Source: Octopus sinensis
Taxonomy: Eukaryota
Reading direction: 5' to 3'
NCBI RefSeq assembly: GCF_006345805.1
Contig: NW_021829832.1
Coordinates: forward strand, 186,001-250,000
Length of the DNA: 64,000 nt
Position 1 is the first letter of the stretch; each line of letters begins with the position of its first letter. Below, piece by piece: positions 29,797 to 42,729 of this stretch. Position numbers and translations under genes: made by a program. The notes beneath the pieces were generated by a model, which had not been told where the DNA came from, searched no databases, and saw only the letters and a program-made list of their open reading frames with translations.

Positions 29797-32368
29797 CAGT
29801 AGGTCAAACATGCGGCCCTCTCCATGTATAGGTGCGGCCCGCGGGCTTTTAAAATATAAAATAAATTAATTATTTTTTTAATAATTAGTTTATTGTAAAT
29901 CTTTTTTGACAATGTCACGTGTTTCTTCTGTAACCAAAAAACGGTGTTTGAAAATGAAAAAAGAATGTTTCAACAAAATGGGAATTACTCTATTTTTGTA
30001 CAACGATTGGTACAAGAATACACTGTTTGGATATGTAACCAGTTAATCGCTATATCGAAAGTATACAACTTAAAAAGGCATTACAATTCTAATCATACGA
30101 TTTTTTCGAAGGTACTAAGTTGCTTATTAACCAAAAGATCCAATGCGTTTTTAAAAGCTTAATGAATTACGAAATAATCAAAAAATACTATTAGTCTGGT
30201 CACGAAAACAATAACCTTTGTTAAAAAAACTATTATTAAAAAGGAAAACGGAAAAAGTTAGTTATTAAGTACCGGCTCGCAGGATTTTGAGAGAATTCCT
30301 GCGTAAAACAGCCAGCTGAATAAGGAATATAAATTTCCTGAGATCTATGGAGCGATGGGTACACAGACGGCCAAGTTTCTTTGAATAAGCAAGAGTCTTG
30401 GCCCCGAAAACACAGGCGTCTCAACGGCAATCGGGATGTTTGTGTCAACCTGGATTTGCACAAATTCGTTGGTGGTTACAGGTTGGACTAATATTAAAAG
30501 CCGATATTTGAACCAATTTACTGTTTTTTTAATAAAAAAATATTTATAACTCAAATAAATAAATTATATTCGAGGCAAGAAAATCTCTTGTGTTTTGAAG
30601 GAGAATTATCTCCAATTTTTCTTTGATCTTGTTTTTCAAAACCATACTGAAATTTCAGACTGTGGCGTCTTTGAACTAGTCATAACATTAAATCGTGATT
30701 AAAGTGATATTTATGAATATTTTAGCGTGCTAAGTTAATAACAATGTTTCGAATGGTGGGTTAAAATTTTATAATTTTGTTTTAGAATCCAACAAGTTTC
30801 ACAACAGTCGTAGCCATGCGATTAAAGAAGCCGCAAAGACTGGCCGATCAACATGAGGATCATCCCATAGTATATTATCATAAATAATATTTTATTTTAC
30901 ACAATATCTGTCAATGGGATAAGTTTAGTGGGGTTATCTCCACTCTTCTAACATGTATTGCTCTAAATCTTCATTATTTTAGTATTTTAAAACTACAAAA
31001 TCTAAAATTATTTAAAATTTGACCGAAAATATCTCATCTTAGGGAAAGATTGTTAAAAAGTACACCACAAGTAAATTTTAGGTGAATTAATTTCTAAAGT
31101 CTCACCTGTTTTAATAAAGTTCCGGTTAGTATCCATCAGATCAATCAATTTAACAGTATTTAAACTTATCTAATTTATTGGAATTTTTTCTCTCAGATTT
31201 CAAGATTTAAGGGATAAATTAATTCCAGTTTCGAGAACATTGTTTGAAAAACATTGATTAAAAATCTCTGATGAACTCAACTTTAATTCGTTTAAATGAT
31301 TAAACGAGAAGTTAAACCGTTAAATAATTTGTCATAACACGGATTATAGAAAACAATTTATTTTGATATTTATTATCATATGACTCGGTTGATCATGTCT
31401 ACCTCGTTAAGTGTCTGTGAAGACTCATGTTGCCTTCTTGTTTTATCAAATTTGTTAAAACTGTGATGCACAGGTGGAACGTGCATCTACACTACAACAA
31501 ATGCGATATAGGCGAGGTTAAGCTAGAGAGGGACATATTACAGGGGAACAGTATGTCTCCGCTGCTGCTTGTCCTCTGTTTAGAATCGCTGAGTAGAGTC
31601 TTCACTGCCCAATTCGAACAAATATCGATCGAACATAATGGAGGGTGTTTTAGCACCAACCATCTCATGTTCATAGACGACATTAAACTGTTCGCTCGGT
31701 CTTCAAAGATCCTCCATTCGATGAGCAAAGCCTTGATAGGTTTTATAAAGGCTGTGGAGCTCAACTACAACAAGTCGGCGACTAGCACCCTCGGAAGATT
31801 TTCAGGGAATTTGTCATTTAAAGCATCTTTTAAAATTTGATATTCAACGCAGTCTTTTACAAAACCCTTGTAAGAAGCCATTGCAACAAAATCTTTCATG
31901 ATAAATATCACGCCAGAAATTAAGGTTTTCCTCTATAAAAAATCAAATCTTTATAATCATGACATGTACAATAAAAACTAATCCAATAGGATCACGATAA
32001 AAATCGGATATAAATGTCGGATAATCAAAAGACATTTTCAAGGTCAAAAAATGTAACAGGCTACCCATGTGTAAAAAAATGTACAACTCAGTTCTCAGTT
32101 TCAGTTTTTAAATGAAGATTTAGCTCATTTTTCTATTTGTAAAGAGCTGAAAAGTACTGTTGGTGCACATACTGTAATGAATTTTTCCAAATATGAAAGA
32201 AAACTAAATTGGATGTCAATCATCTGTAAGTAGGCCAAGCACAATTAAAGATGGTGATTACATATTTAGATTTCCTTATTTTTGGTTTTTCATTAAAATA
32301 AATAATCTTTCCTCGATGAAAAATTATTATAATGTGGCCCATAAAGCAAAATGAGTTTGATACCCCTG
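29797..32368 (+). mobile_element. Decayed hAT element (GTF2IRD2/SPIN-like) with 8-bp TSD
   Basis: TSD CCCTATAA at 29789-29796 and 32369-32376; left end CAGTAGGTCAAAC, right end reverse complement CAGGGGTATCAAAC; transposase N-terminal remnant (CLICNQLIAISKVYNLKRHYNSNH) at about 29944-30160. Confidence 0.8.
31427..31800 (+). pseudogene. RT fragment of an R4/NeSL-like non-LTR element nested in the hAT
   Basis: ERDILQGNSMSPLLLVLCLESLSR and NHLMFIDDIKLFA. Confidence 0.7.
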
Positions 32369-32772
32369 CCCTATAAAGTATGCGGGTTTATGCAGAAATG
32401 GCTGAATTGACTAAAATGACTGTCAGCAGATCTGAGTCAACTGATTATTGATCCGTGAATCAGGCTATTTCGAGATTATTGGTTAGAGTGTACGCTCTTA
32501 GTGCGGCCGGTTCACTCATAAGTAGTTCGCTAGCTGGGCATAGGAAGAGTTCTTGAAAAGGGTGGGTTTTTGTTAAATTCAATTTCTATATCAATGAAAT
32601 ACGCATCAAAATCAACACATACATCTTAATATTTATCAAATCATAAATATTTGTTCATCAGAATATATTTAAGCCTACCAAAATGGAATTTATTCGTTAT
32701 TTCTTTTAAATTATAAATAAGAATTTTTTGGGCTTGTCATTTTTAGAAGTTTGATAAGTTTTGGCATCGATC

Positions 32773-33009
32773 GGAATGTTATCTAAATTTAATATTTAAT
32801 TAGACCTATTTCACAAAAAATGTTATCACGGGACCAAATTACACAAACGACGAACCATTTTCGTGTACTAATATTGACATCACTTGTCGAATTCTGGAAT
32901 GTTATCTAAATTTAATATTTAATTAGACCTATTTCACAAAAAATGTTATCACGGACCAAATTACACCAAGTTTTATTTTGTCGAATTCTGTACTAATATT
33001 GACATCACT
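32773..33009. repeat. Imperfect direct duplication, about 123-bp period
   Basis: GGAATGTTATCTAAATTTAATATTTAATTAGACCTATTTCACAAAAAATGTTATCACGG starts at 32773 and again at 32896. Confidence 0.85.
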
Positions 33010-33559
33010 AAGCATCCAGTTTGTATAAGTCTTTAAAGTAAGTGATATACAAAAAACAAAATTGAAAAGTCTAGATAAAATTGTTTTTAATTTTTGCGTC
33101 TGCTTTTATTCGATTCTCCTTCTCTTCGAATCCGATCCACTGTCTTCGACCGCCACACTTATCCATTTTACAGGGCAACTTGCTTTAGGTTTTTTGGGAG
33201 GTGATCCAAATCTCAATAAGCGTGATTGTGTTCCTTATTTTGTCGAGTACGAAGATGTCCTGCTTTTTATTCTCGACCCTGAGATTTGTACTTATTATCG
33301 TGTCAAAACGAATCTCCATAGAGGTATTCACAACCAATGATTGAATAGAATAAGTTTTCAACCTCCAAGATTTCTTTATTCCATACTTTGCGCATAAACG
33401 CAGATGTATACTACTTTGTTGTGTCTTCTTTAATAGTCATGAATCTTGCAATTCAGACGTATTTTGAAACGCTCAGGGGGCACCTAATGCCCACCGGAAA
33501 AGAATCATAAAACTTGTCACCCTGGCGACATTCTCGTTCCAGGACGACGCAGTCTACCT

Positions 33560-34250
33560 AAGACTCTTTCCTCCCGGTGGACATCCGCATCCCGCAGAAG
33601 TAGAAAGCACTTTACGGCTTTTTAGCTAAACATCAACGCGATCAAAGGGAATATCAGAGAACTCCGAACACTTCTGACTAACCTGAGAATTAACGTGGTC
33701 ATGATTCAAGAAACCATACTATCTACTAATGAGCACACGCCTTGATTCCCGGGCTACAAGGCTATCAGGCTGGACCGGAAAGCGAAAGGAGAGGTTGATC
33801 TGCTCATTTTAATCAGAAACAACTTGAAATTCACAGACGTCTCCGCTGAAGTGAGAAGCCTTATCGAAGCTGATGAGGTTTCCGAGTTAATCAGGATCTC
33901 GTTTGGCACAACGAAGAGACGATTATGGCTCTTCAATATGTACATTCCACCTTCAGGTTCTTGTCCAAGGAGCTATAGCCTCTCAACTTTCTCTAATCTG
34001 GCACGCATCGACGGGGTCATCTTATGCGGGGACCTCAATGCGAAACACTCCCTTCGGCTGTCAACTCAGTTTGCGGATACGAGAAAGAAATCTTTATTTT
34101 CCTAACTGGAATCCTTAACAATTCTGAACGATCCTTCGAGAAACACAAGGACTTCACTCTTCTGGAAGACCTGATCAAGCTGAACCTCAGTATGTTTGCA
34201 AATACCCCGACAAATGCGTCCAGCCGCCCGGTGCGATCTTGTGTGGGAAA
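33560..34250 (+). pseudogene. APE endonuclease fragment of a LINE
   Basis: LNINAIKGN, VMIQET, PGYKAIRLDR, LFNMYIPP and ILCGDLNAKH across frameshifts. Confidence 0.75.
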
Positions 34251-34885
34251 TTGTCTACTTATTTTGCATTAAAGATGGTAGAATATACACACGCAAAAAG
34301 GTATTCTAGGATTCAAAAATCACAAAATAAAGACATTTTAAGGTTCCAAAAAGTATCTTAGTTTAACTACGTTTTATCTGATCCTCTTCTTTGACAAAAT
34401 CGCTAAACTAATCACTCCGTTATATTTAAGTGCAGTCATCAGAAAGTCCTGTCTTTTGACAATTTGTGCATATTGGTAAACCAAGTTTTCGTTGCGGCCA
34501 ATTTTCAGCATCGTCCTTTGAATCCGCCCGTGCATGGCACACAAAACATTGTATTCCCGTCTTATATACAAACAATATTGACAACTTCATTGAAAGTCGA
34601 CTTTCCGCTAATACCAAAACTAATCTTCGGTCGAGAATGACCAGCCACTTGGCCTGCAGTTTGTCCTCGCATCTGCTTCTTGGCTTGGCTAAGCATAAAA
34701 ATATACTTCCTCACCCGCTCGTACTAGATCTTCGACTTTTCTGGCCTCATTTTTCAATTCAATTCGAGAATTGACTGTTTCCGAGAGCTTTAAGTCTTTT
34801 ATTTTCTGAGAAAATTCTCCAGCATGGCCGACCATTTCAGACTTCTCATTTAATTTTTAAATTAATTTTTTATAATTGTATAGTT

Positions 34886-37587
34886 CAGGGGTCGGCAAAA
34901 GCGGGCTCGCGAGCCTTTGGAGGCTCTTTAACTCTTAAGTAGGCTCTTTCAATTTTTAACTATTTTTTTTGTTTTGTTAATAATAAAAAATCTTTGCACG
35001 TTTAACATTAATTTTTTGTTGTACATTTTCAATCAAAATGGACTGAAACTTTTGCATTCACGTCTAATTCAGAACAACTACCGAAATGTCTCATTTGCCA
35101 GGAAACTTTGAATCAAAATAAAAAGTCAAATTTAGAGAGACACTTTAACACAAAACACTCAAATTTCGCAAAAATATCCAATTGGTGATTCGCGAAAGAA
35201 AGCTATAGAAGAACTTGCAAAGAATAATCAGATTGAAAATTCCGCTTTTAAATATTGGTATCACAATGTCAGGACTGCAAATATTGGCAGTTTTTTGAAA
35301 AGCCACGAGATCGCAAAAAGGGGAAGACCATTTCCGATGGCGAATTTATAAAGGCATGTTTCATTAAAACTTCTGAAGAACTTTTTCACGATTTTTCAAA
35401 TAAGGCAGAAATCGTGAATAAGATAATGAATATATTTTTATCTGCGAAAATAGTAGCCGACAGGACTTTTAAGATGTCTTCGAATGTATCTGTTCAACAA
35501 GTTTCTGACATGAAATTGTCTAATTCAATTTCATTAGCAATAGATGAATCATATACAGTGGGGCAAATAAGTCATGGCACACCTATCATTTTTTTTAATT
35601 CAATATATTTTTACAATGATAACTTTTTCGATTTAGTTCATCATGCTACACAATAAAATCTTGCATTCTTTTGAACCCATTTCGTGCTAATTATATTCAT
35701 GAATTTCAAATAAATATAATTGTTTTTGCTTCATATTTAGAAAAACGTCAAATTTGATGTGTAAAAAAGTGATGACACTATCAAAAAATATGGATTTTTT
35801 TGACAATAAGATACAAATGATTATCTTTTGGTGCTTTGTTTTTTCTTTGAAATAATTGATTCTTAGTTCTATTAATATAATTGATTAGTAGATTCCGATT
35901 AGTATAAATATACTTTTATTTTTCGCCTTTTATTAAAATTATCTCGTCGATGAGGAAAGAGCATTCTTTGGACCTAAAACAACGAGTTGTAACTGCCCAC
36001 CAAAACGGTGAAAGTTATGGAGAGATTTCTAAATTGTTGATATTACCAAAAAGTACTGTTCGAAATATTATTACTCGATGGAAGCAACGCGGAACTGTTA
36101 TTAATAAACCAAGATCGGGTGCTCCAAAAAAGATATCTCTGCGTTCTTCTTCATTAATGAAAAGATTAGTTACTTCAAACCCAAAAATAACTCGAAAAGA
36201 ATTGGCCGATAATTTAAAAATCACAGGAACGTCAGTGTCCTTTCGTGCAATCACTTCTACATTACGCAAAGAAAATATCAATAAGCGAAGGCCCCGTCGA
36301 GTTCCGTTATTAAAGAAAATACACCTTTCAGCGCGAATCCAATATGCAAAAAATCTTTTGAACAAAGAAAATGAATTCATAAACAATATTTTGTGGTCGG
36401 ACGAATCAAAAATACAACTTTTCGGACTGAACTACACGCTTTCAATTTGGCGCAAATCAAACCAGGCGTATATCCCAAAATGCACCATACCTATCGTAAA
36501 GCACGGGGGAGGTAGTATCATGTTGTGGGGTTGTTTTTCATCAACAGGTGTTGGTGAACTATTTGTAATTGATGGAATGATGAATTCTCTTAAATATTGC
36601 GAAATTTTGGAAAAATGTCTTTTACCTTCGGTCGCGAACTTAAATTTGACACAACATTGGACATTCCAGCATGACAACGATCCTAAGCACAAGTCAAAAG
36701 TAACCGTTAAATGGTTAGAAAAAAACAAAATAAATGTTTTGGAATGGCCAAGTCAATCGCCAGACCTGAATCCCATCGAAAACTTATGGAAAATATTAAA
36801 AATAAAAGTTGGCTTAAGAAAACCAAAAAATATCCAGGAATTAAAAACAATTTGCTACGAAAAATGGACAAATATTTCTAAAGTAGAATGTCAAAAACTA
36901 ATTTTTTCTTACAAAAAACGATTGGAAGCAGTTCTGCTAGCAAAAGGGAATGCAACTAAATATTAATTGGATTTCGTGCCATTACTTTTTTCCCTCAAAA
37001 AATTGACTTTTAAAAATAAATCGTTAATTAGTGATTCCCTTTAGGATAGTTTTTTTAATAATTTATCTAAAAAGTACTATATTACTAATTTATTTTTTAA
37101 AGTAATGTATTTTATATTTTTTTTGCAAAGAATTGTTAAATTTAGTCAAAATTTGCAAAGGTGCCATGACTTTTTTGCCCCACTGTAAATGACATTGCAC
37201 AAGTATCATTGTTCATGTCATACTTAGGTGTCTCTGTTTGTTCGTTATGTGTTTCGAGGTTTCCTGAGGCAAGAACTTTTGGCATTATTGCCTCTAAAGG
37301 GTCAAACCCGTGATGAAGATCTTGTTGGTGCAGTCGTAGAATATTTTGAAACGAATTATATTCCTCTTAATAAAATCGTTTCAATTTCAACTGACGGTGC
37401 TGCAAGCATGCTGGGATCGAGAAAGGGATTTATAACTTTAATTAAAAGGAGAATTGATCATGAAGTGATTACTCTACATTGTATTATCCACCAAGAAGCA
37501 CTATCTGCGCAAACGTTTCCGAAAGAAATTTTAGAAGTGATGGTCATAAAGATAACTAACTTCATTATATCAAGAGTAATATATTAG
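34886..37587 (+). mobile_element. 5' part of a hAT (GTF2IRD2/SPIN-like) element, interrupted by Tc1 35556-37185 and ending at the RTE 3' tail
   Basis: Left TIR CAGGGGTCGGCAAA at 34886. Transposase KCLICQETL, DGEFIKACF, SLAIDES | NDIAQ..VRYV, SISTDGAASM, LHCIIHQEAL reads across the Tc1 insertion. Confidence 0.85.
35556..37185 (+). mobile_element. Tc1 element, DD34E, intact 338-aa transposase ORF 35950-36966
   Basis: TIR CAGTGGGGCAAA(T/A)AAGTCATGGCAC, TA flanks; WSDESK, QHDNDPKH and SPDLNPIENLW with 34 residues between the second D and E. Confidence 0.95.
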
Positions 37588-40083
37588 GTTAAGGTTAAGC
37601 CATATTCAGCCGATTCCGGCCATTGGCGATTCTGTAAAACAAGTCCCTCCACGAAACTCTATCCCCCACCAGCTCTGCTATTTCCGACAAATAATGTCTG
37701 GTAAGTTTCATTACTTCAGATGTCCAGTTTAGTTTCGGTCTACCCTGCTTCCTTTTTCCAGCGAACGAAGACAGCAGGATTTCTTTTCATATACCATTCT
37801 CCCGAAGCACGTGCCCCAAGTATGATAATTGTTGCTTCCAAACTTTCGCCACAAGCGACAGTGTAGGTTTAATCCTTTCGAAAACAACGACATTTGACAC
37901 TTTGTCGTACCAATTTATGTTCAAAAGTTTGCGCCAGCACCATAATTCCAGTGAGTCCACTCTTTTGCTGTGAGCTTTGGACAGTGTCCAAGATTCACAG
38001 CCATAGAGAAAAACGGGAAACACAATCGCGTTGACTAGTCTTATCTTTGTCTTGAGAGAAACATCCTTGCTACTCCAGATCCGATTCAGTTTTATCATCG
38101 TACTCTTGCACATAGCCATCCGTCTATTAATTTCTGAGACACAACCACCATCTCTGGTTATCAGATTTCCAAGAAAGATATAACTTTCAACACATTCTAT
38201 TTCTTCGTCGTCGACGATGACACTAATTTTTCCAGACAGTGAAGTTGTCATTATTTTGGTTTTTTTCACATTTAGGAATAGGCCAAAAGAGGCACTGTTG
38301 TCTTTGACTCTCGTAATTAATTGCCTCAAGCCATCCTCTGTTTCAGACAGCAAAGTAGTATCGTCTGCATAACGGAGATTATTTATGTTGAGGCCACCAA
38401 TCTTGATTCCGATATCATTTTCGCAATTTAACTCCTCCATGACTTTCTCCGTGTAAATATTAAACAGTAGCGGGGATAGAATACAGCCTTGTCGGACGCC
38501 CCTCCCAATACCGAAACAGTCTGTGTCTCCATAAGGAGTCCGCACAAAACCCTCTTGGTCAGTATAAAGAGATTTTATTATCGATATGAGATGATGAGGA
38601 ATTCCAAATTCTTCCAGGACGGACCAAAGTTTCACGTGAGATACGCAATCAAAAGCCTTGCGATAGTCAATGAAACACATAAAAAGAGGCTTCTGGGATT
38701 CACGGGATTTTTCCAAAATCCATCGAAGGCTGGAGATGTGATCTAAAACCAGCTTGATAATTTGAAAGAATCTTTTCTGAGATTGGAGATAGACGTTGTT
38801 TTATTATCGTCAGGAGTAGTTTGCTAACATGAGATATGAGAGCAATTGTGCGGTAATTCGAGCAGACTTTGCTGTCGCCCTTTTTAGGCAACAGAAATAA
38901 ATATTGATTTCTTCCAATCAGAAGGCCAAATACCAGTTTTCCAAATATTCTTGCAAAGAGTTGTGATTGCTGATACAGGAATGACCTTAAGCATCTCGCT
39001 TGAAATATTGTCCGGCCCAGGCGCCTTGTTGCAAGGCAATTCATTTACGGCCCACTTTCTCAGATATCATCTTCGGGGTTCGGAAAGATAATGAGCATTC
39101 CATGATGAGGTGCTGAAGTTTTGTATTCAGGAGAATAAAGTTCTTCCACTAACTCCCTCCATCTGTTTCGGACGCTGTGACTGTTGAATAACTCTCTGCC
39201 ATCCCTGTCGTTGACTTTTCCTTTCCGAGCAGTAAAAGGAGTATGTGATTTTCTCACTTGTGTAAAAGCATTCCTGAAATGCCCTTTCTTAAAGTCATTC
39301 TCCAACTGAGTGCAACACTTTTGCCAGTACTCATTTTTGTCCTTCCTGACTGCAGGACGGAATTTGGCATTTAGAGAGACGACATCTTTTTTCCTGCCAG
39401 TAGCCTTTGCTTCTCTACGACAGAGGGAAATTTTAATAGTATCTTCTGATAGCCAATCGCATTTAGAGTCAGATTTTTTGATGGACAGATGTTTTTCTGC
39501 CGCAGTGTTGATGATCGACTTTATGCTGAGCCACAGAACCTCTGGTGCAGTTCCGTTAGTATCCAACAGTTTGAAATTTTCTTCAACCTGGGCGGAGAAG
39601 GCAGATGGAATATTTCGAAGGTCTAAATTTCTTCCATGCTTTTTATGCTTTATTCTACTGAGTCTGACACGGATTTTAGCAACGAGTAGTTCATGGTCCG
39701 ATCCACAATCTGCACCGGGAAAAGTCTTGATGGCAGTTATAGAACTCTTCCACCGGTTGCTGCATAGAATATAATCAATCTGATTTCTGGTTTTTCCATC
39801 AAAAGAAGTCTATGTATATAGTCTTCTCTTAGGTTGTTGAAAACAGGTATTTGTAATACGGGACCGATTTTCTTCGCAGAACTAGCGATCCCCAGCATCA
39901 TTCCTTAGCCCCAGACCAAAATTCCCAACGGTGTCATTATACTTGAGGCTTCCAACTTTTGCATTGAAATCACCCATTATGTAAATTACGGCATTCTTTG
40001 GCGTCTTGCGCAAGGAATCCTGGAGCTCATCACAAAAGGTTTTAATTTGATAATCGTTTGCCGCAGTAGTTGGGCAATAAACT
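37588..40083 (-). mobile_element. RTE (BovB-like) non-LTR retrotransposon, 3' two-thirds, frameshifted
   Basis: EN C-terminal part (VYCPT, MGDFNAKVG), RT (NYRTIALISH, FIDYRKAFD, GVRQGCILSP, YADD) and a (CTTAAC)n tail at about 37588-37605. Confidence 0.92.
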
Positions 40084-40234
40084 TTCCCATTGTGTCTTTC
40101 CCCATTGTGTAAATTACGACACCAACAACCACACCACCACAACAATTACGGGAAATATACTCTGTATATCAATATATACAGACGTAGAGATTACTAAATT
40201 TGTGTATATCAATATATACAGACGTACTTTGATA

Positions 40235-42729
40235 ATGCCATTTGCAAAGTAAATTCATTCGTTATAGATTTATTAAAACATATGTTTTATTATAGCGTGG
40301 TCTGAGAGATATATAATAACTCAATTTATCTAGAAAAATTCATCCGAGTCCAACTTGCCAAAGGAGGATCAACCAGGAACAAATAGATGCAAATAGAATA
40401 GATGCACTGATTCAAGAAGTGTTGATTAACACGAAAATCTCAGAGCATTTTGAAGATGACAAAAATAGAAAAGACCGCGACAGTTTGGAATTTCTGAAAC
40501 AACTAAACTGTCCAATATATGTCAAAAAAATAGTAAGGTTGGGTGACAATCAATTAATGACCTCAGAGATCAAATGATAGCCGAAAAGCATATCACAATA
40601 CGCAAAGATAAATCAAAATATAAAAATGTAACAATTTTCTGACTTGAAATTCCAGTTCAAAACGACATCGCAAAACCAAATTACAGGCCACTTTTCACTT
40701 TTTTCAGGAATACTCCGACGCATTTCTTGTAATGTTGAAATTTATTTTTTAGTAAATTTTGGGGTTGGGATCAGATCTTATTTTGTACTGATAAATTTTT
40801 TATTTTACATGAACCTTTTTTCTGCAATCATCAATATTATTTTCACATTCATACCAAATCAAATCTTGTACTCCAATTATGATTCCTACACTGCAGCAGT
40901 GACAGGACTAGAAACTCATGCCTTCAATTTGTCACGGTCGTGCAGCGCGTTGTATTCCATTAATATAACATATACGGCCGTGGCTCTGATGCAAGATTTC
41001 ATCCAAGGATCGGTAGACTTGAAAATATATTTAAGGGTTGGATGGAGAATTCCGGCTTATTCTACGGATATTATAAGGGCGTAAATAGTGACCTGAGTAG
41101 TTTACTGGGAATCAATTTCACATACGACATGTCAGTCGCTTACTTGATTAATTTATTTGCCTACTACCTTATTAGTCTGATAAGCCTTTCACTAAGGTAA
41201 GATGCAATACTCTCGCCATTTCAGCATTAATTATTCGGTCAGAAATCTAATCAAAGAGAAATCTCAGAAAATTGGACAAAATGTTTTCTCTGGCTTTGTT
41301 TATGCTGGAAAAGATTTCATTCAAACAAACAAGAAAGTAAACGAAACATTGACAAACAACCTAAGATTTGAGATCCTGGTTAGTATAGTAAAAACAATCT
41401 TTTTAGGACTGTCTTAATAAACAAAATGATTTGGTAAGAAGGCAAAATCGGTCAATTTGCCAAAAAATAGTTTTGTATTCAAAGCGAATTCTAATTAACT
41501 TGTTCGTCCTCGGTCTTCTTGGAGCAAGCGGATATGCGATATACTATGTCTATACGTATTCCCTCCAAGTCATACTGCACAATGTTTAGTTGTAGGTTAC
41601 TAAATCGGGACAATACCTCATTGATAACCCCAACTACAAACTGTTTATCCAATATGCTCCTTCACTGACATTGGTCTTGCTCAACATCATCATCCCGATT
41701 ATTGTCGAACTGGTCGTCGTCTGGGAGGACTACTTGGCCAGAACAGAACTCAAAGTAGTTCTCATGAGGTGGTGCAATATTAGTAATGCGGACAGGACTA
41801 TTATTATCAAACTTGCATCGTTCTCAATTCTCATATACACTCTTTACAGTCAAATCACTTGCCAGCCAAAAGACTCGTGTTATACCAGCACGGGGAGTTG
41901 TACTGCAATCACGGTAAGGGTGACGGATATATGTGAAGTGCTGGGAAACATACGTCGCCCAACAGTTGTACAAACTCGTGATTATGGACTTTATTGTCTC
42001 AAGTGTGTTGACAGTTGTTGTGGAACCTTGCAGAAAGTTAGGCATGTGATATTATCTCTCTACAGATGCTGCAGTGGGAAACTACTCAAACCCCCAGAAT
42101 TTTCAATATTAAAAAATGTTTTGGATTTAATTTACAACCAGACAATTGCTTGGTGAAAATGGAGATTAATGTTTAGGATCGGGGCGTGTTTTTCCCCACT
42201 GTTTTCAGCAATATGTGCCATCAAATATTTGATTACGTTTTATTTAAAACTAGTAAGAATAGTGTGGACTATTAGATATCGATATACTATTTTACAGTCC
42301 CACAAAAGAAGGCCTACGTCTCCTCGAACATAATGGGAGTATTCCTTGTATTCTTGTTACTAATGTACCTTATTTTGACAATCCCTATATCCTACATTAT
42401 ATTCAGGTATTATTGAAACTGGTTTTCCAGCCAAACACCTTCGAAAGGTTGTGGTCCATTTCGCGAATATCCCACCATGTTTAGTAGCCTGTCCACAACC
42501 CTCCTGTCCATTAATCTATATTTCTACGATTTTCTGAATTTCTCCATTTCCGCGCCAGTAGTAGTCTTTGTTCTGCTCATTTTGATGTACGATACTAATT
42601 ATATTCTCCAGACTGGTCTTGGCATATTACATAAACGTGGTCAGCAGCATGCGATTTGTCATTCGCAAGTTGAATCAGAGCCTCTATAAAGAAGTGCGGA
42701 GTAAAAATGTCCTGATGATGAGAAAATAA
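40235..42729 (+). CDS. Transmembrane channel-like (TMC family) protein; 5' end uncertain
   Basis: NFGVGIRSYFVLINFLFYMN, GWMENSGLFYGYY, YDMSVAYL, CWETYVGQQLYKLVIMD, EFSILKNVLDLIYNQTIAW and PSKGCGPF; TAA at 42727-42729. Paralog not assignable. Confidence 0.88.

Noticed and set aside
37588-37605. Telomere-like repeat (GGTTAA)n
   Set aside because: Only 2-3 units, positioned as the 3' tail of the RTE element.
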